64,000 bases of DNA from Octopus sinensis. Taxonomy: Eukaryota. The stretch covers positions 194,184,001 through 194,248,000 of the forward strand of contig NC_042997.1 in assembly GCF_006345805.1 (NCBI RefSeq), written 5' to 3'. This document shows positions 63,591 to 64,000 of the stretch, piece by piece (the first letter of the stretch is position 1; each line of letters opens with the position of its first letter). A program made the position numbers and the translations under genes. The notes under the pieces are model-generated. The model saw only the letters and a list, made by a program, of their open reading frames with translations, searched no databases and was not told where the DNA came from.

Positions 63591-63860
63591 TTCTGACTTA
63601 GGCCCAAGACTGACAATTTTTATTGGTGGTGGGAGGGATTAAAAAATACCATGGGTCACCGCACGTTGACTGGTACTTAGACCGGTATTTCATTTTATTG
63701 GCCATGAAGGGAGGAAAACCAAAGTTGACCTTGGAAGTTTTGTGACGTTCTCAGTCCAAAAGTCACCGAGGTCAACTTTGCTGTTAATCCTTTTGCGGTC
63801 GAAACTAGTCAGGCACTGGGACCAATGGTATTTGCTAACAGTTGGCCTAAATCAGAAACC

Positions 63861-63903
<43 letters not shown>

Positions 63904-63940
63904 TTAATAATAATAATAAAAACAATGATAATGATAATAA

Positions 63941-64000
63941 ATGCCTGGTGCAGTATCTGGCAGTGGCTCTCATGGCTTCTGACCCTAACTGATTGGAAAT
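63941..64000 (+). mobile_element. Element X, copy 3, cut by the window edge
   Basis: Reverse complement of 1313-1372; preceded by (AAT)n at 63861-63940. Confidence 0.8.

Overview
AT-rich, microsatellite-dense eukaryotic DNA with one 100-N gap (33024-33123). The SINE repertoire points to a cephalopod, probably Octopus (inference). Almost all listed ORFs are microsatellite or transposon artefacts. The real host feature is a large-intron + strand gene, mostly missed by the ORF track. Five phase-compatible exons (33290-33387, 34445-34506, 44002-44434, 55416-55462, 63037-63154) splice into EMI-domain C-terminus, ECFNCT plus coiled coil, two short Gly-X-Y segments, and a C-terminal coiled coil, i.e. 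a COL26A1/EMID1 (EMU family)-like protein. The rest is mobile DNA: R4/Dong-type REL LINE fragments in (TAA)n, four tRNA-derived SINE families, Tx1/L1-like, I/Jockey-like and CR1-like LINE relics, mariner, pogo/Tigger and hAT elements, two mini-Helitrons and several inverted repeats. Best leads: (1) a SINE that inserts into its own head, with a readable two-step nest and 16-bp TSDs at 38190-38975, whose tail matches a Tx1-like LINE 3' end in this window; (2) the EMI-collagen gene itself; (3) a (TA)n-associated element with a variant Penelope-type hammerhead motif; (4) a 4.2-kb same-strand train of (TAA)n-targeted retroelements. All homology calls are by eye and need database confirmation.
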